Shown here piece after piece: positions 24,101 through 37,300 of a DNA stretch of 64,000 nt. Position 1 is the stretch's first letter. Each line of letters opens with the position of its first letter. The notes beneath the pieces were generated by a model that saw only the letters and a list, made by a program, of their open reading frames with translations, did not search any database and was not told the origin of the DNA. The stretch comes from Octopus vulgaris (Eukaryota), in the NCBI GenBank assembly GCA_951406725.2, contig OX597831.1:1736001-1800000 (forward strand), in the 5' to 3' direction. The position numbers and the translations under genes are program-made.

Positions 24101-27100
24101 ATATATATATATATATTATATTTTGTGAAATTTGATTTAGTATTTCTAAATTGAATTTTTCCCTGTAAGATTGGAATAATATATACCCTCATATTACTAT
24201 TATATGTATGTATATATGTATGTATGTATGTATTGTGTATGTGTGTGTGTGCATGCATGGATGGAGGTGTTTTGTGTCTCCCTTTTTGCCATCGTGTGAC
24301 AGTTGTAAATGAGCATCACTGTCATATAAAACAATGTCATTCATCTCAGTCTTCAGTGAAAACATATCTGACTATAAAGAAATATTATATTTTACTTGGA
24401 AGCCAGTGAATGTGACAACAGGAAGGGAATCCAGCCAGAGAAAATCTTTCTCAACAAACATAGAGAAAATGGACATCAACAGATGATGATGATGATGATG
24501 ATAGTGTTGATGCTACTGTCCCCAGGGCATCCCCTTTCAGCCTTTTATCTTGCCCCACATTTTGTAGATAACTCCTCTTCAAGTTCTGTTACTGCCCAAT
24601 TTTTTCCCCTTTTCCTTTCCACATACTTTGTTATCCCCCAGTGATGCTACATCAATTAATTATACAATAAAGTATTTTTCTATTTCTCAACAATAACAAT
24701 ATCAGGTCTTTCTCTTATGTATCTTGTGATCACATTAACTGTTCTAAAGTCCTAAAGTAGCTTCTCTTCATCTAACACTATTACCACAGGGTCAAGCTGG
24801 TGCTCCTAATGCTTTCTTGTTCTGTTTCGCACATAATTTCCAGTGCATAATCCTGGTAATGTTATTAGCCTCCTTTTGTTTCCCTTTTGTGCTAGTGTAC
24901 TATATCATTATTGTTGTTGTTGTTATTAAGACAGCAGGCTGGTAGAATTGTTAGCATGCTGGGCAAAATGGTTAGTGGAATTTCGTCTGTCTTCACATTC
25001 TAAGTTCAATTTACACCAAAGTTGACTTTGCTTTTCATCCTTCTGGAGTTGATAAAGCAAGTACCAGTTGAGGACTGGGGTTGATTTAATCGACTTAGCC
25101 CCTCCCCCAAATTGCTGGCCTTGTGCTAAAATTTGAAACCGTTATCAAAGTGACAAGCTGGCAGAATTGTTAGCACACCAAACAAATTGCTAAGCAGCAT
25201 TTTGTCTGTCTTTGCATTCAGAGTTCAAATTCTGCTGAGGTTGACTTTGCCTTTCATCCTTTTGGGGTTGATAAATTAAACACCAGCAACACATTGGGAT
25301 TGATGTAATTGACTAGTACCCACCCAACAAATTTCAGTCCTTGTGCCTTTAGTAGAAAAAATTATTATTATTATTATTATTATTGAGTGAGAGAGCAGTG
25401 CATGTCATCAAAGTGACAATGGAGTAAAATATACGAAGCCCAGTATACCCATCATGACTACCTGTCTGATAAGGGTACACTAGGCACATGCATCACAATC
25501 ATATGTGCACAACATGGTGATCTCATATCAAGATAAACAGCACATGACCTTGCAGGTGGGGCCCAGATTATTATTATTATTATTATCATTATTATTATTA
25601 TTATGCAGGATGGTATGGTAGATTGGCAAAATCATTAGAGCATCTGACAAAACACCTTGTAGTATTTGTTTCAGTTCTATACATCCTGAGTTCAGATCCC
25701 ACTAAGATTAATGTTACCTTTCAGCATTCTGGATTCATTAAAGTACCAGTCATGTACCAGGCTCAGATTTATTGACTGATCCTTCCCTGCAAATTTCTAA
25801 CCTTATTTCTGTTTTAGAAATGATATTTTTTTTAAATTTGTAATCCTCTTCTTGGCCATACTGGAGCTGCCATGTCACTTTGAAAGCAAATTATCTTTGT
25901 GTCTTCAAAATGAAATGCATCCCTAGTACCTTCCACTTGAACATTTAAATTTTGTCCTCCAGAAGAAATTGATGTGTCCACATTGGAAGGGATGTTAGTT
26001 GGTGTATCTGTTGTTATCTAAACCTGATTCAATAGGTTTATGGTGAAATGCATACGTTCCATCCATGACTATCATGCCTTATACCATTGTCTAATCTGAC
26101 ATTTTTTAAGAAAGATATTTTTAAAAATAATGGTTTCAAATTTTGACACAAGGTTAGCAAGTTTGGTGGAGGAGGTGGGAGATGGAGTAAGTTGATTAGA
26201 TCAACCTCAGTACACAAAGGTAATGTCACCTTCTTGAGTCATACTTACTCATAAGGGCCAGTTTCCTGGTTTCATGGTGTATGAATGCTAAAGGGATAAA
26301 GAAGAAAGGGTGCATGACTTGCCAGGAGCTGTGTTGGCAGATTTCAAATTGTAGAGTGTTATTTGAGGTAGCTTTTCTTGCTATATCTAGCAAGTTGAAT
26401 GACCTAGTAGTGGGATAACTTGTTGGCGCTGTGTTGTTTCCTTATCAGTTTGTAAAGCAGGTGTAACATATAAAAGTTAGCCTAATTCCAGTGTAAATGT
26501 TTTCTACCCACCAGGATTGCCAATACCACCACCACCACCACCACCACTAACCACTATCATCATCATCATCATCATCATCATCACTAAAAACAACAACAAC
26601 AGCAGCAAAAACTCCTCCACTGTCACTTCCACACCCTCCAACAACAACACTGCAACCACCACCTCCAACTACACCTCCATTGCTACAACCATCACCTCAT
26701 CAAAACCTCCACCAATTCTACCACTGCCTACCATCACTCTGAACTGCCCATCACCACCACCAGCAACAACAACAACAACAATGAAACCTCCACTGCTGCC
26801 ACCATCAACAACTCCACCTCCTCCTTTGTCGCAATCATCATTACCACAACTATGGCCAATACCACTTCATCCACCACCACCACCACCATGATCCTCACCT
26901 CATTTACTGCTCAAACTCCAGTAAAGGAAAAAGACATCTTTGCACCCATGGGTTGATGGAGGGGAGATATCCAACCACCCATTCACTCATCCATCCATCC
27001 ATCTAACCACCCATCCACCTGTCAGTCACCCCTCCCAGGGGTTGGGATGGGAGTGAGGGGGGGGCAGTGTTGAGTTACCAATATTCACCCTGTCATGTCC

Positions 27101-27397
27101 CTGACTTGCCCTCCCCCACCACACATGACCTTTCTTCTGTGTTCTCATACCCTGAATCCTCACCCCTTCTCACTCCTCCCCTCCACCATCACCACTCCGC
27201 CTTTTCCCCTATACCCTCCAGAATGATGATGGTATTTTGTCTTTTCTTCAATTTTCCATATTTATCAACACATCCCTTCCACCACCCAGCTCTCTTTGCC
27301 TCCAACCCCTACCCCCTTCCTTCGTCCCCCCTCTCTCTCTCTGGAACTAGATCTAGGTCAGACCCCAATTTCAGTTGGATAGTAACATCTGTCATAC

Positions 27398-27441
<44 letters not shown>

Positions 27442-27855
27442 GCAGCAATTATTACCATTATTACCACTGTGACGGCAATAACAATAATAACAACTATTAC
27501 TGCTGCTCCTTGAGTCAATGAAGAAGGAATCTCTACATGGTAACTCAAGATGCTAGAAGTAGCAGCATATTTTTCCTTTGAATTACACCATATCATCTTA
27601 GAAAAGGACATATTTGATAATGTGGTTCCTCTACATAGGAAAAAAGATGGGGTTGGTTATGGTTGGATTGTCTTTGGTTCTAGGCCTGGTTTGTCAAGGT
27701 TGATTTTGAGAGCTAAAGAACAGTAACAGCAGCAACAGCTGCTGTTGCTGCTGTATTTGTAACTCTGTAAAGTGGTTGCCTATAGGAAAGGTATCCAACC
27801 ATAGAAACCATGTCACAACAGGAATGTAAGAGCAAATTGTAGTCCCTGAGCCATT

Positions 27856-28084
27856 TTAACCCTTTAGTGTTCACATTATCCTGCCAAAGTTAATGCTTCT
27901 TCATCCACATTGTTTTGAATTAATCATGCATTATCTTGTAGCTATGAGATTTTGACGAGGTAGCTGTTAATTTTTAAAATGATATTGTAGGGTTGGTGTG
28001 AGAGACCAGATTTAGCCAGTTTGAACATAAGACAGGCTGAATACTTTTGGCCGGATATGGTTAGTTTAAATGCTAAAGGGTTAA
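27856..28084. mobile_element. TTAA-flanked piggyBac-like MITE, family 2 (also 31187-31414, about 37315-37535, and fragments at about 790, 11215 and 20987)
   Basis: TTAA-CCCTTTA...TAAAGGG-TTAA ends and a shared internal sequence. Confidence 0.75.
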
Positions 28085-28385
28085 GAGGGTTATGCTTATG
28101 GGTAGTCCACATTACTCTGCAAGGAACATAGGACTGGTTTCTCTGGCATATATATTCTTCATTGGATGGGATGCCAGTTTGTCCCAGGATTGCTCATTTT
28201 TGCCAGCTGAGTGGACTGAAGTGGCATGAAATGAAATGTATTTTGCTCAAGAACACAATATTTCGTAAGAACACATTTAATAAGTGTTTTGCTCAAAAAC
28301 ACATTTGGCATACATATTGCTTTTAGAATACAGAAATCCGGAGAAGCACCACCTTATAAGAAGTAGAGCAGTCAACGTGTTTTTT

Positions 28386-28585
28386 TTTACTGTAGAAGGT
28401 CAGTTTATGTGCTTACCTTGGGTTTCCCATCCATAAAGGGTTTAACTTTATGGCATATCATCTGACCCAAAGACTTTTGGCCTAAGACCTCTTAGGCCAA
28501 CAGGTCTTGGGGTCTGACGATACACCATAAAGTTTATGGATGAGAAACCCAGAGTAACCCTATAAAATGGCCTTCCCCAGTAAAA
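28386..28585. repeat. Palindrome of about 200 nt centred at 28488, with a hammerhead-like core in the right arm
   Basis: ttggcctaaga-cc-tcttaggccaa centre; CTGACGA at 28514 and GAAAC at 28544; followed by a TA run. Confidence 0.75.
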
Positions 28586-28816
28586 TATATATATATATAT
28601 TGTATTTGGAATGGTCATTTCTTTTCTTTGCCAAACACATGCACTATATATTCGTTCTTCACTGATTTATTACTGTTCTTATTCTAGCTTGTGTCCATTG
28701 TCTGGAAATCTTTTGTCACACATCTGTGTCTGTCTCAGCGACACTTTCCATCTTCGTGTGTGCTCTTGCTCTGCTTATTCCATTCACATCAGGAATCTTG
28801 CAACACAAATTCATAA

Positions 28817-28852
<36 letters not shown>

Positions 28853-30110
28853 TCTTCTCTGGATGGGATGCCAGTCCATCACAGGGTTACTCATTTTTAA
28901 CAGCTGAGTGACATGAAATGAAGTGTTCTGCTCAGGAACACAATGCCATCATCCAACCCAGGGATCGAAACCACAATCTTACAATCATGAGTCCAACACA
29001 CTAAACACTAAGCCACGTGTCTCCATGACCACCCTCCACTAAGGAGGGTAGTAACTCCAAATTAAACTGACTTTAGGCAGGGTCATCTTAGCAGATATAT
29101 GTCCCCCCACCATGTCCAAACAAATCAATGCACTGGGCCCTATAGATTTGGGCCCATAGAACTATTTGGCTCTTGGACATCTGCTCACTGTGCCAATGCC
29201 TTTAGATGGCAGTGCTTCATGGCCCATGGTAGGGTTATTTAACCTGTGCTAACATGGAGAAGCAGCAGTTAAATGACAATAATGATGATGATTTTAACGA
29301 TGATGAGGATGATGATGTTAACATCAACAGAGATGATAATGATGATGGTCACTGATGACAATAACAATGAAGACGAATGATGTTGATGATGATGATGATG
29401 ATGTCAGCTGTGATGCTGATGATGTCAATAATGGCAACAACGATGATGAAGAGGAAGAGAGTGATGAGGAGGATAAGGTCGACAATCAATGACAATGATG
29501 ATTCTGATGATGATGTCAATGATGTTGCTGTGATACAATTACTGCTGTTGCTACTACTACTACTACTTCTTTGACACAACAGCTACTACTACTACTACTT
29601 TGACACAACAGCTACTACTACTACTACTACACAATACCGAGCACTATTTCTTTAACACAGTAACTACTACTACTACTACTACTACTATTATTGTGACACA
29701 ACAACAATAACCACAACTTGGCAGGTCTGAGCTGTTGTTTTATAACTTTATTAAGGGGAACTTGTATATGACTGAACGACTGTTGTGTTGGTGGGGTGGG
29801 GTAAAGCTGGTTCTTTGTAGCCCGAAGGAGAGACATGTGTTTGTATATCCTGTTGCTGGTGTGCCGGTGGTGTGGTGTGGTGTCCACTAACCCCACTCCC
29901 CCCTTACGTGCAGCCGTCAGTGGTGGAGAGGTGCTACTGGAAATATCTTGTCTCATCTCTCACCCGCCCACCCATCCACCCGTGTTCCCACCCCACTTCC
30001 ACCCAACTTTTCCTAGCACTACTTATTTAACCTAGTTCCACCTAACCCTGAGTAAAGCACTGAAAAATATCTTGTCTGCTCCCATTACTTAACCAACAGG
30101 AGAATAAATA

Positions 30111-30146
<36 letters not shown>

Positions 30147-30366
30147 ATGTGTGTGATAGAGAGAGAGAGGAGGGAAATAAATATAGATATACAGAAAGGA
30201 GAAATTGATATACAAAGCAGGTATATATATGTGTGTATATATATATATGCAGTGATGTTCCACTGGCAGCCTTTGACTTTTTCTATTCAGAGGGGTTTCT
30301 AACCCAATATTTACAATATTATCACTTCATTTTTCTTTGAGATTCACCCTTAAAGAAATGTATCTA

Positions 30367-30401
<35 letters not shown>

Positions 30402-31809
30402 TGATATCATCATCATCGTTTAATGTCCACTTTCCATGCTAGCATGGGTTGGACAATTTGACTGAGGACTGGCGAACCAGATGGCTGCACCAGGCTCCAA
30501 TCTTGATCTGGCAGAGTTTCTACAGCTGGATGCCCTTCCTAACGCCAACCACTCTGAGAGTGTAGTGGGTGCTTTTATGTGCCACCGGCACGAGGGCCAG
30601 TCAGGCAGTACTGGCACACATACACACACACACACACACATAAACTCGTGTACATGCATTCAGATACACACACACACACACATATGTATATAGGGCTTCT
30701 GCAGTTTCACTCACAAAGCATTGTTTAGCTTAAGGTTATTATTGTACAAAATATTTCTCAAAAATGCTGTATAATGGCACTGAACCTGCAACCACATGTT
30801 TGTGAAGCAAACTTTATATTCACATGGTCTGAGTATTTTTGCCAATGTATAATTGGTGAAGGACGTAAGCATCAGCAAGAAAAAACTAAAATGTCACAAA
30901 AAATAAAATTTTTTTTTTAATGACGTCCCTGGTGATATTTGTTCCACAACAAGTTACAGACAATCCCTTTCACTGTTGTTGTCAGAAATGCAGTGAACCA
31001 TGGATTAGCACTGGATAAGTCTTTCTTCGATCTAAGTTAGCAGAGCACAGTGAGGTGACACTGGAGTGTTATCTCAGAGTACAGGCCTGGAAAAGGTTTT
31101 ATGGAAGACTACAACAGATCCTCCCCTCTTCATGACATTGACGTAGTCTATAGAAAGAATTAGGGCCAAAAGCACAGGATTAACTATTAACCCTTTATCA
31201 TTCACATTATTCTATCAAATGTAATGCTTATTTATTGACATTGTTTTGAATTAATCATTCATTATTTTGTGGCTATGAGATTTCAATGAAGTAACTGTTA
31301 AGTTTTAGAATGATATTGTAGGGTAGATGTGAGAGACCAGTTCTGGCCAGCTTGGACATAAAACAAGTAGAATATTTTAACTGGATATGGCTGGTTTAAA
31401 TGCTAAAGGGTTAAGCAAAATAAGCACATGCTTAAGGTGTCAAAGGAAGGAGGGGGCCATCAGAGAAATGGTAAATGGTTAATGGCACAAAACAAATCAC
31501 TTTCAACTTGATAAAATAATATTCAAAGTGGTTTATATGATCAGAAATATAATTTCTAAGTGTTCATGGTGTCCTAAATCAAAGATTTTGCAATTAAGAA
31601 AAAGGTAGGAGAAAATTTCTCAAATTTAATTAAAGTGGAATTATACACAGGCACAGGAGTGGTTGTGTGGTAAGTAACTTGCTTACCAACCACATGGTTC
31701 CATGTTCAGTCCCACTGCGTGTCACCTTGGGCAAGTGTCTTCTACTATAGCCTCGGGCCGACCAAAGCCTTGCCAGTGGATTTGGTAGATGGAAACTGAA
31801 AGAAGCTCG

Positions 31810-31855
<46 letters not shown>

Positions 31856-34345
31856 GTGTGTGTGTCTGTGTTTGTCCCCCCAGCATCACTTGACAACCGA
31901 TACTGGTGTGTTTACGTCCCTGTAACTTAGCGGTTCGGCATCAGAGACCAATACAATAAGTACTAGGCTTACAAAGAATAAGTCCTGGGGTCGATTTGCT
32001 CGACTAAAGGCGGTGCTCCAGCATGGCCGCAGTCAAATGACTGAAACAAATAAAAGAATAAAAGAATACAGAAATACAGAAATAAACATTATTTTCCATT
32101 ATTTTCCATCTTAACATTAGTTTAGTTTTATTTTGAAAGCTAAACATTTATTCCATGGTTTATTGTTGTTTATATTTTGAATTGCATTTATATATGAGGG
32201 CACCAAAATCTTTTAAATGTGAGCCTCTATGGGTCTTAATCCAACCCTGAGGGCCAATATAACTCTGTACCAACCAGTGTTGTATACACTGCCATCAAAG
32301 TTGAAGTCAGTACCATAATCATACAAGTTGAATTTTTCAGACCAAAATTTAGTCAGTAAAGGTAAGTTGACTTATACACCAAGATGACTTTGGGGGACTA
32401 AACATTCCATATGAATTGCAACAGGCTTTGGTAAAATAGTGACGATGTCTGAAGTTTACACTACATGTTTACACTAAAGAGTATGTCAACTTGTACACAC
32501 TATTAGGCTGCTTTAGAAAGTCCTAGTTTCTGATTTGAAATTGACTATATCAACCATATTACTTGACGGATACTAATAAAGTTCTTTTTAATTTTAATAA
32601 ATGATTAATCCTTTTGTTAAGTAGATTTCCCGGAAGGGAATTAAGATATTGTTAAAAAGATCAAGTCTGCCATTATTCAACCCATAAAAAATATAAAAGT
32701 TATTTTGTCTTCCGCTGGATTCTTCCATCTGCTGCCCTTATGGTAAGACATGGAGAAAAAATAAAGAAAAAGTAATGAATAAGTTTTATGCTTTATAGAA
32801 TCAAGGCCCCTGATGCTCCTACACATTAACAGATGAATTATGAATCTTTAGACTTACACACGCACACACATTAAGCTAATGGGCTCTGTCAGCAGTCATC
32901 CTTATCCTTACCCTACTCTCTCCTTCAATGTCAGGAAGTTTCTTCTCTCTCTATCCTTCATTTTCCACTTAAGGACTTAGTGTCATTGTTGTGTATCACA
33001 CTCTTCTCACCACAGCCATAATCAAACGAACCGATTGGTCCTGTGATCTTACGGTTATATAGTGTTCCAGGTTCCAGCTGCAACTACCTCCTACTCCTCT
33101 TGGTCATCTTTCTCTCTTTCCTCTTTCTTTTCTTTCTTTCTTTCTTTCCAATGTATTTATGGCTACATAATCTTATGTGTTCTTTTCTTTTATAAAACAA
33201 TATGGTATGGTGAGTTAACCCTTTCGTTACCAATCCGGCTGAAACCGCCTCTGGCTCTGAGTACAAATGTCTTGTTTTCCTAGGTTTTGAATTAAAATCT
33301 TCCACCAAACCTTAGTCACAATTTATGTTCCTAACGCTAGCTTCATGATAACTAAGTTATTGTACTAAATTCTTTGTCATATTTAAATTAATTGAATGAA
33401 ATACGGAGCAGCTCAAAATAAATACAGTAACGAAAGGTTTAAGAGAGATTTTGATACTATTTCTAGCTGGTAAAATGATAATGTATAGGTTCATTTGTTA
33501 AGCTCCTTTTGATTGAGTTGCTTAGGTCAATAAATACACACACACACGCACGCATGCACATACATACACACACAAACACGCATGCATGTATGCAAACTCA
33601 GTGTTCGTTTATACTGAACTGCTTAGTTAAGATTCAATGTTTAAGTCAGATTAACACAGCCTCATGTCTACAATGGGTCTTTATTTGTAATTATTGGCTA
33701 ACCCCACAGAAATATAAATACATAACACCCCCTCAAAAGATGAAAATCAAAGGAAAAAAAAAAAAACAACAACCAATAATCCTATAAAGCTAAATAAAAA
33801 AATTTATATGCCCCAGAGGGAGAAGATGAAATGTAGTATTTAGGTTATAAAAGGATAGAAAATAATTTCAGAAGATAAGAGGAAGAAGAGAATATGGAAG
33901 AAGCTGGAGAGAGAGAGAGGAGAGAGGTAAAGGAAAAGGGGAGAAAGGAGGAGGGTAAGAGATGTTTTACTAATTCATAGTTGAGTGGTTGAAGAAGTTG
34001 GTAACTATTTTTAGGTGAAGACACACTGGTGGATTTGAGTGAGGTTGTCCTAATTTAAGGGGTGGCAGTTGATGGTGAGATGAAAGCTTTATTAGAAATG
34101 TTAGTGTTGGTGCGACCCACATGTAAACATATCTTACCCAACCAGACCAGACCCAGACCCAGACCAGACCCTCCCTCTCCTCCAGATAACCAACCAGTCT
34201 CCTGGGGCTTATCAGCAGGGATCATCATATGTTGATTATAAACACAGTTGTGGGATGATGGTGGTGGTGTCAGGGGTTGGGGTGGGAAATACTAGAGCTC
34301 TGGAGGAAGATGACTAAATGTTGATATCACCATTTAATTATGCCA

Positions 34346-34690
34346 TATATGTATATGTATATCTATGTACATATATTTATGTATATATATGTATATATAT
34401 ATTTATATATGCTTGTGTATATGCATATATATATATGTATATGTATATATGCATATATATATGTATATATATGTATATATATATATGCATATATATGTAT
34501 ATATATATATATATGCATATATATGTATATATATGTATATATATATGTATATATATGTATATATGTATATGCATATATATGTATATATGTATATGCATAT
34601 ATATATGTATGTGTATATGCATATATATATATGTATGTGTATACACATATTCTTCAGATATATATGTTTGTGTGTATATATGTGTTTGTG

Positions 34691-34721
<31 letters not shown>

Positions 34722-34745
34722 TTGTGTGCGCGCGCGCGTGCGTAT
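34346..34745. repeat. Compound TA/TG low-complexity tract (similar tracts at 18240-18720 and 21163-21560)
   Basis: Directly visible; source of the long spurious Y/I/C/M ORFs. Confidence 0.95.
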
Positions 34746-35419
34746 ATGTTTTTCTGTACACACATACATTCTAGCATACATATATTTATAATCATGTGTT
34801 TGTGTTTGTCACCATGTGTCATCCACATTGACACCCCTTGTACAGCGATGACAGCTGTTCATCATCATCATTTAATGTTCATTTTCCATGCTGGCATGGG
34901 TTGGACAGTGTGACAGGAGTTGGCAAGCTAGAGAGCTGTGTCAAGCTCCAGTGTCTGTTTTTGGTAAGGTTTCCACTGCTAGATGCCCTTCTTAATACCA
35001 ACCACTTTACACAGTGTACTGGGTGCTTTTTTTTTATGTTGCACCAGCACTAATGAGGTCACCAAGTAACTCGCAAGACAAAAACCCTTTAAATGAGGAG
35101 ATGTACTTTTGAAGGAGATGGCTTTATGCCAAATGATGAGAGGTTAAAGTATGACTGACAGACAAGTACAAATGTCTTGCTGTAGTGGAGAAATGTGGTT
35201 ACCATGGTTGGAAAAGAGATCAGATGGTGGTGAAGATATGTCAGGGCATGCCCTCAAACTACAGAAAGGTGAATATACAAAAGTAATAAAGATTGAAGAG
35301 AATGAGGTGGGAGAGTGTAGGAGAGTAGCAAATGGATAGAAATGGGTTACAGAGGAATAGAGGTGTGGTCAGTTGAGAATATCAGTTGGAGGGGAAAGTA
35401 AATAAATAAAATCTCTAGC

Positions 35420-35730
35420 TGGTAACCATAGGGGAGGCTGTTCTCTCAACCATTATGCTGCTCTGGATGCCACTGAATGATGTACTTCGGTGATGATGTT
35501 ATTCCATGCTTTCCAATCCATGGTGCTAGCCATAGTATGCTTGAGATCAAGGCAGTGCGATCTCAGTTCTTCCTCAGTTTGTTTCACCCATGTTTTCTCT
35601 GGTGCACTGCATTGGATTCTCCAGTGTGTGGGTAGCTACCACTGCAAAAGTAGGTGTGGTAGTCTTCGGGTGCTCATCCTGCTCATGTGGCCAAACCACT
35701 GTAGCTTGCACTGCTGGTCTTGAGTGCTGT
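35420..35730 (-). mobile_element. Decayed 3' fragment of an RTE-type LINE
   Basis: The minus strand reads LQWFGHMSRMSTRRLPHLL, resembling the RTE C-terminal LRWxGHVxRM motif. Confidence 0.55.
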
Positions 35731-36881
35731 TGGCATTGTTCTCAAATGTTGTTTGAGATCACCTTGGTAGTCCTTACCATCAGTGGAACAATCAAAATGC
35801 ACATCATCTCTGCTTAAGCACTGATTGAGGCTAGCTCAGACCCAACTAAAAATGACTTCTACGATCAGCTGTAATATGTGCTGGACTTGATCTCACAAAT
35901 GCAGGTGAAGTAGGAGCAGGTCATGGAGTCTCCTATAGAACAAAAATCCCTCAGGTTGACCTCTTAACATGCAAAGACATGTGGAATGAAAAGCATTACT
36001 TGAAAACAAGTAAGGTTTAGCATCAGAAAGAGCATCGAGCCATAGAATAGATATTATTATCTCAAGAAGTTTTGTCCTATTATGCCAATATCAGAAAAGC
36101 AAACCTAAGAAAGATGATGATGATAATAATAATAACTGTGATGATAGTGTCTCTAGGACAACATTCTTCAGTGTATCCTTCCTTGTATAAGACAGAAGAC
36201 TCTGATTTGAGGGAAATTTGGATGCTATTTCTAGCAGCTTGTATGACCCTGTTGAAGTTCTTTTGTTGGCTTGACCTTTCTTGATACCAACCTGCATGAA
36301 ACTGCCCTTTGGTCATATGATACAAACTTCATCTTTTAAAGTGATTTAAATTAAGACCTTCCCTCAAAATTTTGTGTTAATTTATGCTCTAGACACTAGC
36401 TTGATAATCTCAAAGTTTATTTTACTAAATTGCTTCATTATTTTCATAATTACCTGAAACAAAGATAATGTATTTCAACAGAAATATGATAAAAATGTTA
36501 GAAAAGTTGTATTTTAAAAACAGAGATTATCTCAGATGGGTTGGTATCAAAGGGTTGATGTTATGTAAAATAAAACTTCTATCAAAATGTCATGTTAATT
36601 TATATTCCAAACATCAGCTTAATAATGACAAAGTTATTTTACTAAACTCTTTGTTAATTTCAAAATTAATTGGAAAAAAAAAAAAAAAGAATGCAGTTTA
36701 TTTCATTAGAAATATCTTAACAAAAGGTTTAATGTAACACGTTATTTTGCTTTGTTGTAATGAAAAATATTGACCATTCCTGCTTCAGAGTTGACAGGTG
36801 GTTACGGTACAGCAGGTAATGTGATTAAAGTATTTACTAGCAAGTCATGTCAATGACCCTATCAGTATATATCATGCTTCT

Positions 36882-37300
36882 AAGGTGGTGAGCTGGCAGA
36901 AACATTAGCACGCCGGGGGAAAAATGCTTAGCGGTATTTCGTCTTTCATCTGCCGTTACGTTCTGAGTTCAAATTCTGCCGAGGTCGACTTTGCCTTTCA
37001 TCCTTTCAGGGTCGATTATATAAGTACTAGTTATGCACTGGGGTTGATATAATCGACTTAATCCGTTTGTCTGTCCTTGTTTGTCCCCTCTGTGTGTAGC
37101 CCCTTGTGGGCAGTCAAAAAATAGGTATTTCGTCTGTCTTCATGTTCGAGTTCAAATTCCACCGAAGTCAACTTTGCCTTTCATCCTTTTGGGGGTTGAT
37201 AAATTAAGTACCAGTTGCATACTGGGGTTAACCTAATCGACTGACCCCCCCCCACCAAAAAAAAAAAAAATTTCGGGCCTTGTGCCTAGAGTAGAAAAGA
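36882..37300 (+). mobile_element. SINE family A dimer with an alternative 3' end on the second monomer
   Basis: Junction aaaaata|ggtatttcg near 37117-37132. Confidence 0.8.

Noticed and set aside
26517-27513. Pro/Thr-rich ORFs resembling mucin or extensin
   Set aside because: They derive from degenerate CCA/CAA/CTA trinucleotide tracts, with no convincing splice sites or domain.
34318-34913. Long overlapping ORFs of 134-182 aa
   Set aside because: They are translations of TA/TG microsatellite that happens to lack stop codons. The same applies at 18345-18697 and 56510-57138.
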